From Lama guanicoe (lineage: Eukaryota): DNA of 64,000 bases. Made by a program: the position numbers and the translations under genes. The first letter of the stretch is position 1, and each line of letters opens with the position of its first letter. The stretch spans positions 4,969,366 through 5,033,365 of the forward strand of contig MU056050.1 of NCBI GenBank assembly GCA_013239625.1. Direction: 5' to 3'. This document shows positions 39,681 to 53,023 of the stretch, piece by piece. A model generated the notes under the pieces. It saw only the letters and a program-made list of their open reading frames with translations. It made no database searches and was not told the DNA's origin.

Positions 39681-41239
39681 TTTATGGTCGAGATCTTTGG
39701 CACCCTCATGATGTTTGTGACATTCTAAACCCCATATTAAAATTTCTAATTTAAAAATTATTTTGATTATTAAATGAAGGAATTTTGAATGAATTAATAA
39801 ATGATTGCATTCACAGGCAGTATCACCTTGTCTGTCTAGCTGTATCTTCAATTATGCATGATATAAAATTTCCCTTAGAGCTTTTAAATAAAACACTGGA
39901 GTATTTTTTTCATATGTATTTTTATTCATACTATCCTAACCACCTGAAATGACACTATCTTAACTTTTTATCCACAGTCTGCACTTTTTTTCCACCAGGC
40001 TTGGTTTACTTAACACCTTCTTCATTAAAACTTCTTCTGTTATTAAAGTTTAAAATTATCCCCCATCTTTGACTTCCTATATAGCACTCAGAGGTAATAA
40101 TAAACATTCTAATACTTAAATATTTATTCTTGTCTATATTTTTCCTCCAACAAGATGGATAAATTTTGGAGGACTCGACACAATAAGCTCATGGCAATTG
40201 TGTGCTCAATACATATACAATAACTAGATTTATAAATATATTTAATGACCTTGATTTAAACATTGAGATAAATTCAGATTTGAAGGAAAATTCTCTACGT
40301 AAACTATTTGGAAGCATTAATTTTTGTTTTTATTTTTTTCCTTTTCCTAACTTTGACATGAATGCTTTTTTCTACATCCTAGAAGGACTCCCTCGTGTAG
40401 GAATAAAAAAGAAATTAAAACACAGTGTGACTGATTAACTCACTTTGATAAACATGCCTTGTTTTCTAAATAAAATTGATTTAGTCAGTCATGCAAATGT
40501 TGACTTTGTGTTTTGCTGGAAATTGAATGTAGTGTTAATTGCTGATATCTTCTGGATTGGGTGGTCTTGACTATACTAACATGTGATATATAAACAAATC
40601 AAATAGCAATTTCAAATGCTGTATAGACCTAAGAAATCAACCATTTCTTGGTATTCTTCTTTGCTTTACAAAGTTAACCAATTGAATCTTTTTTCATTGT
40701 TATCAATAAACGCATCTGGGGGATCTAAATTTCCATTATTCAGAGTTCAACAGAAATCTTAGCAGGAGACAGTGATGTGAACAGTAAGCCATTTCAGCAG
40801 CTAGTTCTCAAAAGAATCCTATTTAGAGTTTTGTTGCATTTCAATTTCCCCACGTAGCTTTATGAATTCATGACTTTTGGAGGTTGGCCTGGACCATCTG
40901 CTAGCTATTCTCTATGAGGTTACCAGAGCTTGAGATGAGCAGGGAGCAGGTGAATCAGGCAACAAGGGGATGACTTTCTGAGTAGAACAGGATATAACAC
41001 CTGGGTTCTTTCATTAGTTTCATATTCTCTCTCTACTATTGATGGCCAACCACTCTTTCTTCCCAAAATTTTGAATTTTATATCCTTTCTTTCTCTGTCT
41101 TTCTGCTTTTTATTTCCATTTCCTGTTTCCCTCTCCCCAAGTACCAAATGGGAAGGGCTGTGGATAGCTTTATATTTTTTAGACCAGCCATGAAGCTAGA
41201 TTCACACATGCTTGCATGTATGTGTGTATGTATGTGTGG

Positions 41240-41512
41240 TAACAACTTTTATTGTGTACTTAATACGTGCCTAGCCCAAGAACAAAGGTTTGCACATGAG
41301 GTCTCATGTAGTCTTCCCAACAAACCCATGCAGTAGCTGCTATGATTATCTCCATTTTACAAATGAGGTTAAGTTTCTTGCCTGTAGTCACACAGCTAAT
41401 GATGGACAGAGTTACAGTTTTAAGCCCTTTGGGGATAGTTTGGAGGGGTTAAGCAGGACTAAACCCACACCTGAGTAACTCCAAACTGATGCTCTAAACC
41501 ACTGTGCTGTAT
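41240..41512 (-). mobile_element. MIR SINE
   Basis: tcttcccaacaaacccatg...attatctccattttacaaatgagg...gtcacacagctaatgatggacagag...gctctaaaccactgtgctgt. Confidence 0.78.
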
Positions 41513-41984
41513 TGTTTTGTGTAATTTGCTGATTTGACCAGCCTGTCATCTGGATTTTTATGGAGATAACTGATGAAAATGTGGGACAGAGTAGGCCTGT
41601 GGCTCATTATTGGCAAGTTTTCTTATCATTGGTAAGAGTTTTGGAACATCAGAATTCTAATCTTTGGTTGTCAACTTAATAAATATCCTATAGCCCTGTC
41701 CTGCTTTGAGTTCTTTCTCAGGCCACACATGGTAAAAATGTAATCAGTCTAGCTGCATCCCCAGATCTAGTACGGATTATGGTTCCCCCTAGGATATTGA
41801 CATTGAAGAGTCCAGGTTGGTGGAGATTATATTTTCTCTGTAAACTGGAGCAGCCATTGCTGTCATGTTGGCCCATAAAGCATATTCTGCTTTAGAGTCA
41901 GATTGATTTAGCAGCTATGAGCTGACCCAGAAAATAGCATTAGTCTGACTAGCTATTTGTTCAAAGTCATTCTTTTTTAAATGA

Positions 41985-42200
41985 ATAAAAAAGTATTTAT
42001 TAAATCTGTATTGTCTGTCATACACTCTGATAAGCACCTTGCATTTATTATCTCATTTAGTGTACACAACTATTCTAAGAAGCAAGTGACTTTATTATTC
42101 ATATTTTACAGTTGAAGAAAGTAAGCTAGTAAACTAGGGAATCTCAGATTAAACTCACGACTAATCCCAAAGCCTGTTTCCTTATCCATCATGCATATAA
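41985..42200 (-). mobile_element. MIR SINE
   Basis: gtatttattaaat...tattatctcatttagt...attttacagttgaagaaagtaagct. Confidence 0.7.
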
Positions 42201-43189
42201 TTTCTATTTAAACTTAACCATTTGAAGACATTCTTATTCACCTTTGATATTTGTACCAAGAGAAAAATGTTATCCCTCAGGATAGCGGTTTGCCTGTTGG
42301 CTTGTGAGATCATCAGGACCTTGGGAATTTTTTTAGAACTCAACATTTCCTTTCTAGACTGAAATAAAGAAAAGTACTAGCGAATAGCAGTCGTCCCTTA
42401 AAACTCCCTCATCTGAAGTGGTAAGATTCTACTTACAGAGTGGTATAATTTTTCTCTTTGTCATTGTCTTTGGTGTTAATTCTTGTTTCTTACCCTGAGG
42501 GATACTCACTACCTTCCTTCTTATATCATGAATGGAAACTATCAAAGATTCTTACAAATTTTTATGCTGTGGTTTGAGACAGACTGTTTAAAAATAAATG
42601 ATTAAGCTGATCCAGAAGGAAATGCTTGTGGTGCTCCTTTTTGTCTTCATCGGATATGTGCTTAATGCCTTTCAGGAATTCAGCCAATAATTAATAATTA
42701 ATTTTCTGGCCTTTTGGTGGGTCTCAAACTCAGTACTGACTACACATAGCACTGGGCAAAGTCCCAATGATAGACTCTTCATTACTGATATTGATACATA
42801 CAACAAGAGGGACAAAGAGTTTATTAATGGCAGAGTTTTAAGGGAATGAGTAATTTCTCAGAATATTTTAAGACATTAAATTATTTCTTTTTTCCCTCTG
42901 GAGTATCATCACAGAAACTCATACCTAGGAAATATGTATGTATTTGTTTACCAAGACTTACCAAAATCATTTAGAAGATTATAGATAGATTTTAGAAAAC
43001 TGGCAGGTCATGGAAGCATTCAATATAGGAAATGTCAACTCTCATTAAGGGGAAAATATACAGTTTAGACATGGGAATTCAGTAGCAATAAGACCTAACA
43101 TTTCCTGCAGTGAATCAATGGAAATGATCCCCACATGACAAATGTGACTAGAAAGTGTGGTCTGAATATGGTATTGCTTATTATTATTA

Positions 43190-44526
43190 TTAACATTTTT
43201 TATTGAGTTATAGTCATTTTACAATGTTGTGTCAAATTCCAGTGTAGAGCACAATTTTTCAGTTATACATGAACATACATATATTCATTGTCACATTCTT
43301 TTTCTCTGTGAGCTACCATAAGATCTTGTATATATTTCCCTGTGCTATACAGTATAATCTTGTTTATCTATTCTACATTTTGAAATCCCAGTCTGTCCCT
43401 TCCCATCCCCCACCCCCTTGGCAACCGCGAGTTTGTATTCTGTCTGTGAGTCTGTTTCTGTTTTGTATTTATGTTTTGGTTTTTTAATTTTTTTTTTAGA
43501 TTCCACATATGAGCGATCTCATATGGTATTTTTCTTTCTCTTTCTGGCTTACTTCACTTAGAATGACATTCTCTAGGATCATCCATGTTGCTGCAAATGG
43601 CATTATGTTGTCGGTTTTTATGGCTGAGTAGTATTCCATTGTATAAATATACCACCTCTTCTTTATCCAGTCATCTGTTGATGGACATTTAGGCTGTTTC
43701 CATGTTTTGGCTATTGTATATAGTGCTGCTATGAACATTGGGGTGCAGGGACCATTTTGAAGTAGGGTTCCTTCTGGATATATGCCCAGGAGTGGGATTC
43801 CTGGGTCATATGGTAAGTCTATTCCTAGTCTTTTGAGGAATCTCCACACCTGTTTTCCACAGTGGCTGCACCAAACTGCATTCCCACCAGCAGTGTAGGA
43901 GGGTTCCCNNNNNNNNNNNNNNNNNNNNNNNNNNNNNNNNNNNNNNNNNNNNNNNNNNNNNNNNNNNNNNNNNNNNNNNNNNNNNNNNNNNNNNNNNNNN
44001 NNNNNNNNNNNNNNNNNNNNNNNNNNNNNNNNNNNNNNNNNNNNNNNNNNNNNNNNNNNNNNNNNNNNNNNNNNNNNNNNNNNNNNNNNNNNNNNNNNNN
44101 NNNNNNNNNNNNNNNNNNNNNNNNNNNNNNNNNNNNNNNNNNNNNNNNNNNNNNNNNNNNNNNNNNNNNNNNNNNNNNNNNNNNNNNNNNNNNNNNNNNN
44201 NNNNNNNNNNNNNNNNNNNNNNNNNNNNNCTTATGTTTAAGTCTTTAATCCATTTTGAGTTAATTTTTGTTTATGGTGTAAGGGGGTGTTCTAGCTTCAT
44301 TGTTTTACATGCTGCTGTCCAGTTTTCCTAACGCCATTTGCTGAAGAGACTGTCTTTATTCCATTGTATATTCTTGCCACCTTTGTCAAAGATTAGTTGA
44401 CCAAAAGTTTGTGGGTTCATATCTGGGCTCTCTATTCTGTTCTATTGGTCCGTATGTCTGTTTTTGCACAAATACCATGCTGTCTTGATGACTGTAGCTC
44501 TATAGTATTGTCTGAAGTCTGGGAGA
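43190..44526 (-). mobile_element. Young 5'-truncated L1 with TSD, interrupted by an assembly gap
   Basis: ORF 43496..43849 is the uninterrupted L1 ORF2 C-terminus ([14 protein letters not shown]...YTMEYYSAIK...ILSEVSQKEK); TSD tattgcttattattatta at 43172-43189 and 44530-44547. Confidence 0.96.
43909..44229. other. Scaffold gap (321 N)
   Basis: Run of N. Confidence 1.
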
Positions 44527-44899
44527 TGATATTGCTTATTATTATTAGCACTGATTATCAACAAACTTAATAGTATAGAGAAGCTAAAGAAAAATTATCT
44601 TGATTTCTTCTTGAACATGATAGATCACATTCCCTGTGATGGAGAGGAGAAACCCTTTAAAAATAAACTGTGTTTTAATGACTGCTTACTATTTGACTAC
44701 TCCTTTGAATCCAGTATATTATTTAATTCTCACACTGGAACTATACAGTAGATAAATTGTTCCTACTTTACAGATAAAAAGAACTGTATCTTCGAAAAAA
44801 GGCTGATTAATAAAGTCATTAATACACATTCAGTTTGTTTTGGATTCAGGATTCAACCCCAAAAATCTGTCAATATTTAAGCCCTTAAGCACTTCACTT

Positions 44900-45320
44900 T
44901 ACTTTCTTTCTAAAGTCATCCTCAGATTCCTTCCACCTACTCTACCTTGCAGCTATATTTTTACCTGTTTCTCTATTGCCTTCAGGACTTTGTATGTACT
45001 CTTATTTTTTAATCCAACTTTTGACTGGAAAAAATAAAGCAACCTATTTGTGGCAGAACTCATATATAGACTATTTGTTCTGTGGAAAGCCTTCTCTTGC
45101 TCCTTAAAAGGTTGGCTACCTGTGCTGGTGCTCTCACAGAAAATTATACATTCCTCCCCCATCACACTCTTTTGTAAAGATTATTTTCTATTTGTTCTTT
45201 TCTGGATTATAAACTCCTTAGGTGTAAGTGCCACATTCATTTTGTTCACTATTGTATCCCCAGTCATTAACATAGTTTCTAAAACATGGTAGGGACTTAA
45301 AAGTATTAGTTAAATGAAAG
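44900..45320 (+). mobile_element. L2 3' region
   Basis: ctggattataaactccttagg...ttttgttcactattgtatccccag...catggtagggacttaaaagtattagttaaatgaa. Confidence 0.72.
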
Positions 45321-45648
45321 AGCTATATAAAATTTGGTAATTCTTATTAATAGATTGCACCCAATTATGGGTTTCCTTTTAATGCTGTAATATATGGGAT
45401 CATTTGCATGCATGCTAAATCTCTTTTGTAGATCGTAAGTTCCATTGGGTCACTGATCTAATCATTTACATCTTTTTACATTGTATTTACAGAACATTGG
45501 TGCAAAGTTTTGCATGTAAAGTTACTCAGTAAATATTGTTGATCACTCATCTGATGCTGGAAACATTGAAAAGAAATTATACATAACATATGTTGAAATT
45601 AATGTCTCATATAGCACCCAAAATTAATTCAGCATAAAATGGAGGTTT

Positions 45649-46202
45649 TGTTACCAAACTCAGGTCTGGCTGTTTGCCACTAGAAAATTAATACCAAGGG
45701 AGAGGCAGTTGTTGGTAGAATGGAGAGTTGCTTTTAATCAGAGTACCAGCAAGGGGACATGAGTCCACCTTCTCCCCAAAACCAACTCTGAAGATTCTGC
45801 TCGGCCATGCAAAATTTTAAAGGGAAAAGGGGAAGTAATCTCAGTTAATCATTGAGATAGGGAATCAGACTTGTCTCCATCCCCACTATGTGCAGGCTTG
45901 TGGACTTCTTGTGATCTTTCTTTAGATGCTATCTTGTTTACACAGTTTGTTTGTAAGATTACTGAAGGGGAAGCTGGGGGAGAGATCTGGTCATCTGTTA
46001 ATTACTTTGTCGTCATTTTTACTTCTTTGATCTATGGAAAGAACCAACAGGCTAGGCAAGGTATTGTGTGATCAAAAGATGTGAAAAGTGTGCTTGGACC
46101 AGGGATGAGTAGAGCATGGGGGTGCCTACTTTAAGGTTAGTTTTCAATATACCTCTGCTAAAGTGATAAAACAAATGGGTTTCCTGCAAAGAGCTGCTTA
46201 CA
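45649..46202 (-). mobile_element. ERV1-class LTR (3' LTR)
   Basis: tgttacc...gcttaca termini; followed on + by aatcccacccc, the reverse complement of a polypurine tract abutting the LTR. Confidence 0.75.
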
Positions 46203-46755
46203 AATCCCACCCCAACCCCATTCAATATCATTCCATGTCATTGGGATTAGGGGTGAAGGTCCTTCTTCTGTCCCTGCTTCATGCTGAGAAAGAGTGAAGA
46301 GGTCTTAGACTGAAAGATACTGACATGAGTTTGGAGCATTTCTTTGCTGACAGCTTTAGTTGCCTACTTACGTATATGGGCAGAACAATCTAGAATTATT
46401 TAATGCCCACAAAGATATAGATTATTATGAGCAATAGTGTTAACCCCATTCTCTTGAGGCCAGTTCTTGGAATTGTGCTAGCCATAGACTCAGTACTGCT
46501 CAAGACAGAGCAGCATATGTCATGGCCACAGTCTGTTCATCATGCAGTTAGCCTTTCCCCTCTGGTGGCAGTTCTAGTATCTGTAAAACAACTCAGGAAT
46601 GCATGTCAGACACTGAGCCTGTGACTCTATTGTTCTGATTATTAATTGCTTGAGCCTGCTCTTTTGTGACCCAGGGAAGCCTGGGAGACTTCTGCTTTTC
46701 TACAAACAGGAGGTGCGGTATATGGAAGGGCCTTTGTACTTGGAGGGGTAGGGAT
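46203..46755 (-). mobile_element. ERV internal 3' sequence plus a second LTR-like fragment (about 46445-46755)
   Basis: PPT-adjacent sequence, then gaggccagttcttggaattgtg...cttttctacaaacaggagg...ggaagggcctttgtac, resembling a laurasiatherian ERV1 LTR. Confidence 0.55.
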
Positions 46756-47027
46756 TTAGAGGAAGGAATTCAGGAGTGAGATGAAAATACACCCTCTTTT
46801 CTTATTCAAGAACCAAAGATAAATGGTTGTGCCTGGGACTGTCCAATCCTGTATTCTGCAGACAATTGTAAATAAGCCTTACGTATTTGAGGCTGCTGTT
46901 TCTAAGTCACAGTAAGAACTGAACAACCAGTGTTGCATGGTTGATGTTGGATAAATAATGGAAATCCTGAAAGAAAGAGAGGGAGGAGAGTGAAAAGGGA
47001 AAGATGGAGAGAAAGAAGTCTTCAGAC

Positions 47028-47077
47028 GTATACGTATGTATATATGTATATGTATGTGTGTGTGTGTGTGTGTGTGT
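47028..47077. repeat. (TA/TG)n microsatellite ending in a pure (TG) run
   Basis: gtatacgtatgtatatatgtatatgtatgtgtgtgtgtgtgtgtgtgt. Confidence 0.92.
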
Positions 47078-47454
47078 AGCAGAAGTTTGATCTATGCCAA
47101 CATATATTTTCTTAGAAAGATTTACTTTAACTCAGAGATAAAAATAAAACACTTTTCTTTAGCATATTCATTATTTCTAGGGTAAAAGGATTTATCCTAC
47201 CATCTGGAGCTGAAAATAGAACTGTTCATTTGTTGAGTTACTGTTTCTAGAGTCAAAAATCTCAAAATTATTGAAATATTTTTTGCACTTTATATGTTTC
47301 CTTTTAAGTTTATGGGTATACTTCTTTAAAACAAATTTGTTGAACAAGTCAGTATCTTTTGATGAAGATGTTGGTGTCTTTACTCCATCCCAGCAGCTTT
47401 TCCATGCCTCTTCTATTTCATTCCAACATTGAACAAAATAGCATTCAAGTAGAT

Positions 47455-47700
47455 AAAATATATGTAGATAGTATGTATATACAAATACAGTATTTTTATG
47501 TATAGTATTATATGTAGTATGTATTATAACTATAATATTGTACTATATAATATATACTATATAAATAATACTATATATATAGTATATGAATCAATATCTA
47601 TCTATCTATATATACACCACTTGAATGCCATATATCTGTGGGTAGATTAATTTCATCTTTGCCTTGTCCAAATGTATATATTATTATATATATTTTTAGA
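47455..47700. repeat. TA-rich low-complexity tract
   Basis: Degenerate (TA)n/(TATAG)n. Confidence 0.8.
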
Positions 47701-49730
47701 TAGTCTTAATTAGCATGATTCAAGTTATTTCCGACATTACAGTTTTAGTGTCTATTGCTCATCACCAAGCTGGTCCAACTATGTAAAATTGTAGTATTTT
47801 AAATGCATTACTCATACTCACATTATTTAATGGACCAAAAAGGGAAAATATAAATGAATAATTAGTCATTTAGTCATTTTTGTTCATAGATCAATACTAC
47901 TAATGTTCAAATCAGAAATAAATTTTATTAGATATTTCATATATTTTTCATCCAAAGGATATACCTCAAATTTTAGTGTAAAGTTTTCCCCACAAGTACA
48001 TGTAATCATATATTGTTTGGGAAAGCTGTTTACTTTCAAAGGCATGTTTCCTAAATAGTTTAAGTATACTGGCATTTATAATTAGATTATTTCTCTATTG
48101 ATCATTTTTATTGCTCTATTTCACATTTTATCCTATTATTTATAGGACACAGTAATGAACTTCCATTGCTTTATTGCATTATTTGGTAAACAATGTAACA
48201 AACTAGAGAACTAGAGCAATAAAATTAAGATGATTTAGCAATAAAGCAATTCCCTGGATTTTAATTAAATTATGGAAAGTTATGTACTAAAGACTCTAAA
48301 CTAGGGCTCTGTAATATGGGTCTGGGACAGCACTGATCTAGTATATCACTGTGAAAATGCAAGTCATCTAAAATATCTAGTTGATTTGGATTGTGTATTA
48401 AAAATGAGGGGGAAAAAACCCAAGAATAGACAAATAATGTCTATAACCTATCTTTTCCCTATGAATAGAGATCTCTGGCAACAAGTATGGTTCCTGACAA
48501 CTGCGAGACTCTAAATGAATGTTTCTCAATGAATGATTCCAAGTATGTAGCAATTTGCAAGCAGATCTTTATAGCAATTGAAACTTTTTAGTTCTTGAAC
48601 ATTCAAATCCACTTTTAGAACTATTTCATAGAATATATTCTGTAGACAGAGTGTGAATCTAGGTCTATGACTATGAAAGTGAAAATTGTTCAATGTTTAA
48701 AATGCAATTTGAACATATCAAATAGTTGGGGGCATAGAACTACCTTACTCTTTGATAAATACTCAAGGACACTAAAAACTTATTCTAATAATGTTTTAAA
48801 TGCTAATTCCACTAAATAATTTAACATATATTCATAAAAATGTCCTTGTGTTCTTCTGATCATCCAACTTAAAGCACTCTAAAATATTTAACAGCACTTG
48901 AGCCTTTGCTGATAATTGCAGTGTATGCATAGGGATTCAGAATGGATAACATACTACGAATTTATCAATCTACCAAAAATCTACACCAAGTATAAATAGA
49001 TAGAAATCTTATTTATAGCCAGATAACTGATTACTGGGAAGCCTAGGAACACAAGTTGATTCAAAAAAAAGTATAAGATTAGGTCTAGAGTGGTCATCGA
49101 ATAAGAATTGTTTTTGTTTCCTTGTATCAGAAATTTAAAATTGTTTCACAAGTGACTGAAGTTCCCAAAGTTACACACTCTTACGATTCATTAAAGACAT
49201 TCTCTACTTATTTATCTGAGTCTCATAAACATCAGAATTTGATGGACTTAAACTTTTGTTTTAATTTTGCAGCCTCCTTGGCCATAAAAATAGATCATAT
49301 TCATTGGAGAGAGATTCAGTATGGGCCCCAGGGATCTAGTGATATCAATTGGTTCCTTTTTAAGATAATTTTACTTTAGGATTTACCTTTCTGACACATT
49401 TGGTATAAATACTACATTATATGCATTTATGTACTTATTTTTCAGATTAACCCTTTTGTGCCTACAGGCTTTTAAAATTGTATTTCTGTGTAGAGAATCA
49501 TTGTAGTACATCCATATTCTGCCTGCTTGACCTGTAAACATTGACACTGTCCAAGATCATGTGCTTTGTCATCTTCTCACTCTGCATTATCTTCTTCAGT
49601 ACATCTTCTCTTTCCCGCCATTTTATTTATTAGTTTTAAGCTAATAACTGATAAATCTTTATTTCCCATGATAAATTTCCCTAAAGATTCAGCTGTAATT
49701 GACATCTGTCTTTGATTATCCCACTGGCAC

Positions 49731-50091
49731 TGCAGTGGACTGAATGTTTGTGTTCCTCCAAAATTCGTATTTGAAACCTTAATCCTGATTTAATGGTATT
49801 TGGAGGTGAGGCCTTTGGCAAGTAATTAAGTCAAGAGGATATAGCCCTCATGAATGGGATTAGTGCCCTTATAAGAAGACGCCAAATAGCTAGCTAGCTC
49901 TCTTGCCATATGTGAGAAAACAACAGTAAGATGGCCCTCTGTAAACCAGGAAGAGGGCATTCACTGAGAACCTGACCATGATGGCAACCTGATCTTGGAC
50001 TTCCAGCCTCCAGAGCTATGAGAAATAAATGATTGTTGATCAAACCACTGTCTCTGGAACTTTGTTATAGCAGCCCAAACTGGCTAAAACA
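49731..50091 (+). mobile_element. Solo MaLR LTR (MLT1A-like), full length
   Basis: tgcagtggactgaatgtttgtgttcctccaaaattc...gacttccagcctccagagctatgagaaataaat...ggctaaaaca; 5-bp TSD ggcac/ggcaa. Confidence 0.9.
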
Positions 50092-50549
50092 GGCAACTTA
50101 AAAATGTGCAAAGTAGCAAACCTAAGGTCCCCAACTTCGCATATACTTTGTGAAGACAGAGACCACGCATTATTTATTTCTGTACCCCAGAAACTGATAA
50201 AGCATATGATACCTATAAGTACTGATAAATATTTGCTGAACTATGCTTCATACTGTCCAGAACTGAATTTCTCATACTGAGCTTTTTTTTTTTTTTTTAA
50301 TGTAAGACCTGTCTATATATTCTGTATTTTAATCTTGGGCCAATTCCGCAGTTTCAAGCAAAATATTTTCCAGCTTTCAAGCTCAAGTCCCCATCTATAA
50401 AATAAATGATTTGAATATATTATCATTAAAATTTCTTTCAACAATGACATTCTTGGGACTACAAACCAAATGCTTTGGGAATTGTTAGGAAAGCTTATAC
50501 TTGAATTGAGCATTGAGAATTTTTTGACTTTTTTCACTCTCAAACTTCT

Positions 50550-50962
50550 TTTTAAATTGTTTATGATAGCTTTATTTGTATTTTTTCAAATACCATACAA
50601 TCCATCCTTTTAAAATATTTTACTCAATGGATTGTAGTATAGTCACAGAGTTGAGCAACCATCACCACAATTAATTTAGAACATTTCCATAACCCTTAAG
50701 AGAAACTTCTTACCCATCAGCAGTCATTCTCATTTCTCCCAATCTTCTCAACACCAGCCCTAGGAAACAACTAGTATATTTTCTGTATCTATAGATTTGC
50801 ATATGCTTGACATTTGATAAAAACAGTATTCTATACTATGTAATATTTTGTGATTAGCTTCTTTCACTTAGCATTGAGTTTTCAAGGATCATCCATGTTG
50901 TAGATTGTATCAATACTATATTTCTTTTTGTTGCTAAATAGTATTCAATCATATGAATATAC
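50550..50962 (-). mobile_element. L1MB-like 3' end, split by an LTR (resumes about 51607-51642)
   Basis: taccatacaatccatccttttaaa...cacagagttgagcaaccatcaccacaattaatttagaacattt...ttcaaggatcatccatgttgtag. Confidence 0.85.
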
Positions 50963-51606
50963 TATTGCTGGTGATCAGGTTCTTGTCTCATCACAAAGAA
51001 TTCAGAGGTGAGACATGGAGGTTAAGAAAGTAAAGTGGACAAGTGTTAACGGTAGATGCAACACTCTTAAGAGGAGAGCAGACAAGCTCAGGTGAGCAGC
51101 TCGGCCAAGTTTCTTTGGCATGTTGGTTACATAAGGTGTAAAAATAGATGGGCAGGATGTTCACTGGGGAAGAAGGGTTTGGGGTCGTATTCCCTGATTT
51201 TAATCCAAGCTCCAACTTCCTAAGGGGAAGAGGGATTTCTGGCCTTATTTAGTCTAGATTGGAAGTATCATGGTGTAGGTGCACAATGGGTACTTCTAAT
51301 CTGCAAGGCTAATTTTATTGTAACGAGGGCATAATGAGCAAAAGATAACATTCTGACACTGGAGATTCCTGCCTTTTCCCACCTTTCTGTGTTCCAGGAC
51401 ACTTGTCACCCCAAAATATGTGATCTCTTACCAGTCTGGAGGTTCCTGCTTTTCTTTGTCTGCCCAAGGACTCCTGTTGTTTACATGATGCATGGTTTCC
51501 TGTATTTGGCCCATGCCCCCACCCCCCTTTTTTTTAGCCCAATTCCTGCCATTTTACCTGCATCCCCCTTTCTCTGCTCAGATCTAGCTATCTGCCTGCT
51601 CTGACA
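50963..51606 (-). mobile_element. Solo ERV1-class LTR nested in L1MB
   Basis: Termini tattgctgg...ctctgaca, 4-bp TSD atac/atat; L1 sequence is continuous across it (atatgaatatac | cacattgtattta). Confidence 0.8.
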
Positions 51607-51957
51607 ATATCACATTGTATTTACCCTTTATCTGTTGATGACTATATAAAAACCTATATCCTTTTCAGTATGTTTCTCTGCTTCTGTTTTTAAAACTGTT
51701 GCCTTCTATAAAAGAATACTCCCTAAAATTCCATCATTATCATCAAATATGTATAAGTAAAACTTTGTATTTGAGTAGGAACCATATTTTGTTTAGTTGG
51801 TTAAAGAAAAGGCTGAATGATCTGACTGAAATAAAATATTGACCAGAAAAATCAACAGTCCAGGGTGTTAATCTTAATCTGCCACTAACTTGTCTAGAAC
51901 TGCTGAACAGTCCTATACCTATTCTGAATTTTAGTTTGTCATCATTTTCTCCTAAAA

Positions 51958-52233
51958 TGTGTTTCTAGGAATGCCATTCCAAAATATCACATGTGCACAC
52001 ACAATATTCTGTGGTTATATAAGTTGCAAAAATCTTCCAAACTAAAGCTTTAATTGGAACTTTGTGATGCACAGTAGTTGTAAAATATACTCAGTAAAGG
52101 AACCTGTAAACTCAGTAAAAGAATATTTTAACCACTTTTTTTCTAAATTGTGTCTGATATGGAAATACCCCACTTTTGACTATCCCTAACTCCCACATAA
52201 AACATGCTCAATGGAACAAACTTTAGGAAATGT
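51958..52233. mobile_element. hAT-Charlie MITE relic
   Basis: Ends tgtgtttctagga... / ...ggaacaaactttaggaaatg resemble Charlie-type TIRs. Confidence 0.5.
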
Positions 52234-52241
52234 AAAAATAT

Positions 52242-52438
52242 GTTTTCTTTTAGGAAGAAGAAAGAGGACATGGAATATTGAGCAAACGACATACCAGGTC
52301 TGTTGCATAGTCTCAAACAAATCATAAGATCTCAAAGAAGAATCCTTCGAAATAATAGGCTTAGTTGAAATAGGGGAAACACACTGAAGAGAAACATCAG
52401 GTAGAAGATGTGAGAGTCTGTGATCTATTGTCAATTTT
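52242..52438 (+). repeat. Direct repeat A, copy 1 (about 197 bp)
   Basis: Near-identical to 53278-53473. Confidence 0.97.
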
Positions 52439-52684
52439 TTCTTTTTATTTATCCACTCTCCAGCGTACAACTATGTATTTCAGGGGAAACTGCTTGATCT
52501 CTACTTCCAAATGGTGGATAAAATTTGGATAATTCACTCATGGTAATTGCATCCTTCTTGTCAGTGACTGGATTAAGAATATCCAAGTGACCAGTGACAC
52601 ATGGGTGAAGTCCTTTGGGGGCTTCTGAAAACATTTTCCTCACTCCTAAGAAAAGAACGCACGAAAAGGTAGCCATTTTCACCT
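52435..52684 (+). repeat. Inverted repeat B, copy 1 (about 250 bp)
   Basis: Reverse complement of 53024-53274; ORF track shows the same peptide on opposite strands (52449..52748 - and 53014..53259 +). Confidence 0.97.
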
Positions 52685-52902
52685 GAATTGATGACAAGAG
52701 TATCCATTTTACCATGTGACTGGGAGTGAAAACAACATCTGAGTTCAAATTAAAACATTATAGAGAACTGAAAGCAGAACCCTCACATACAACTCCTTAA
52801 GTTTGTCTTACTTTTCAATATTATTATATGACAACACATTTTATAATTAAAGTGAGTTTGAATAAAGATTTTGTCATTTTTAATTAAAACATGACTGATA
52901 CA
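52480..52902 (+). mobile_element. Ancient ERVL/MaLR-type LTR relic (LTR16/LTR33/MLT1-like)
   Basis: cagtgactggattaagaatatccaagtgacc...gggggcttctgaaaacattttcctcactcctaagaaaaga...aaacatgactgataca. Confidence 0.6.
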
Positions 52903-53023
52903 GAGAAACTCTACGCAAAGGTATTTTGCCAAGTGATAAAAATAAGCAATTATGGAATGTTACAAGCATTGTTTTGAAACATCACTAAAAAATTGCAGTA
53001 AGAACCATAAAATGTGCATAGAA

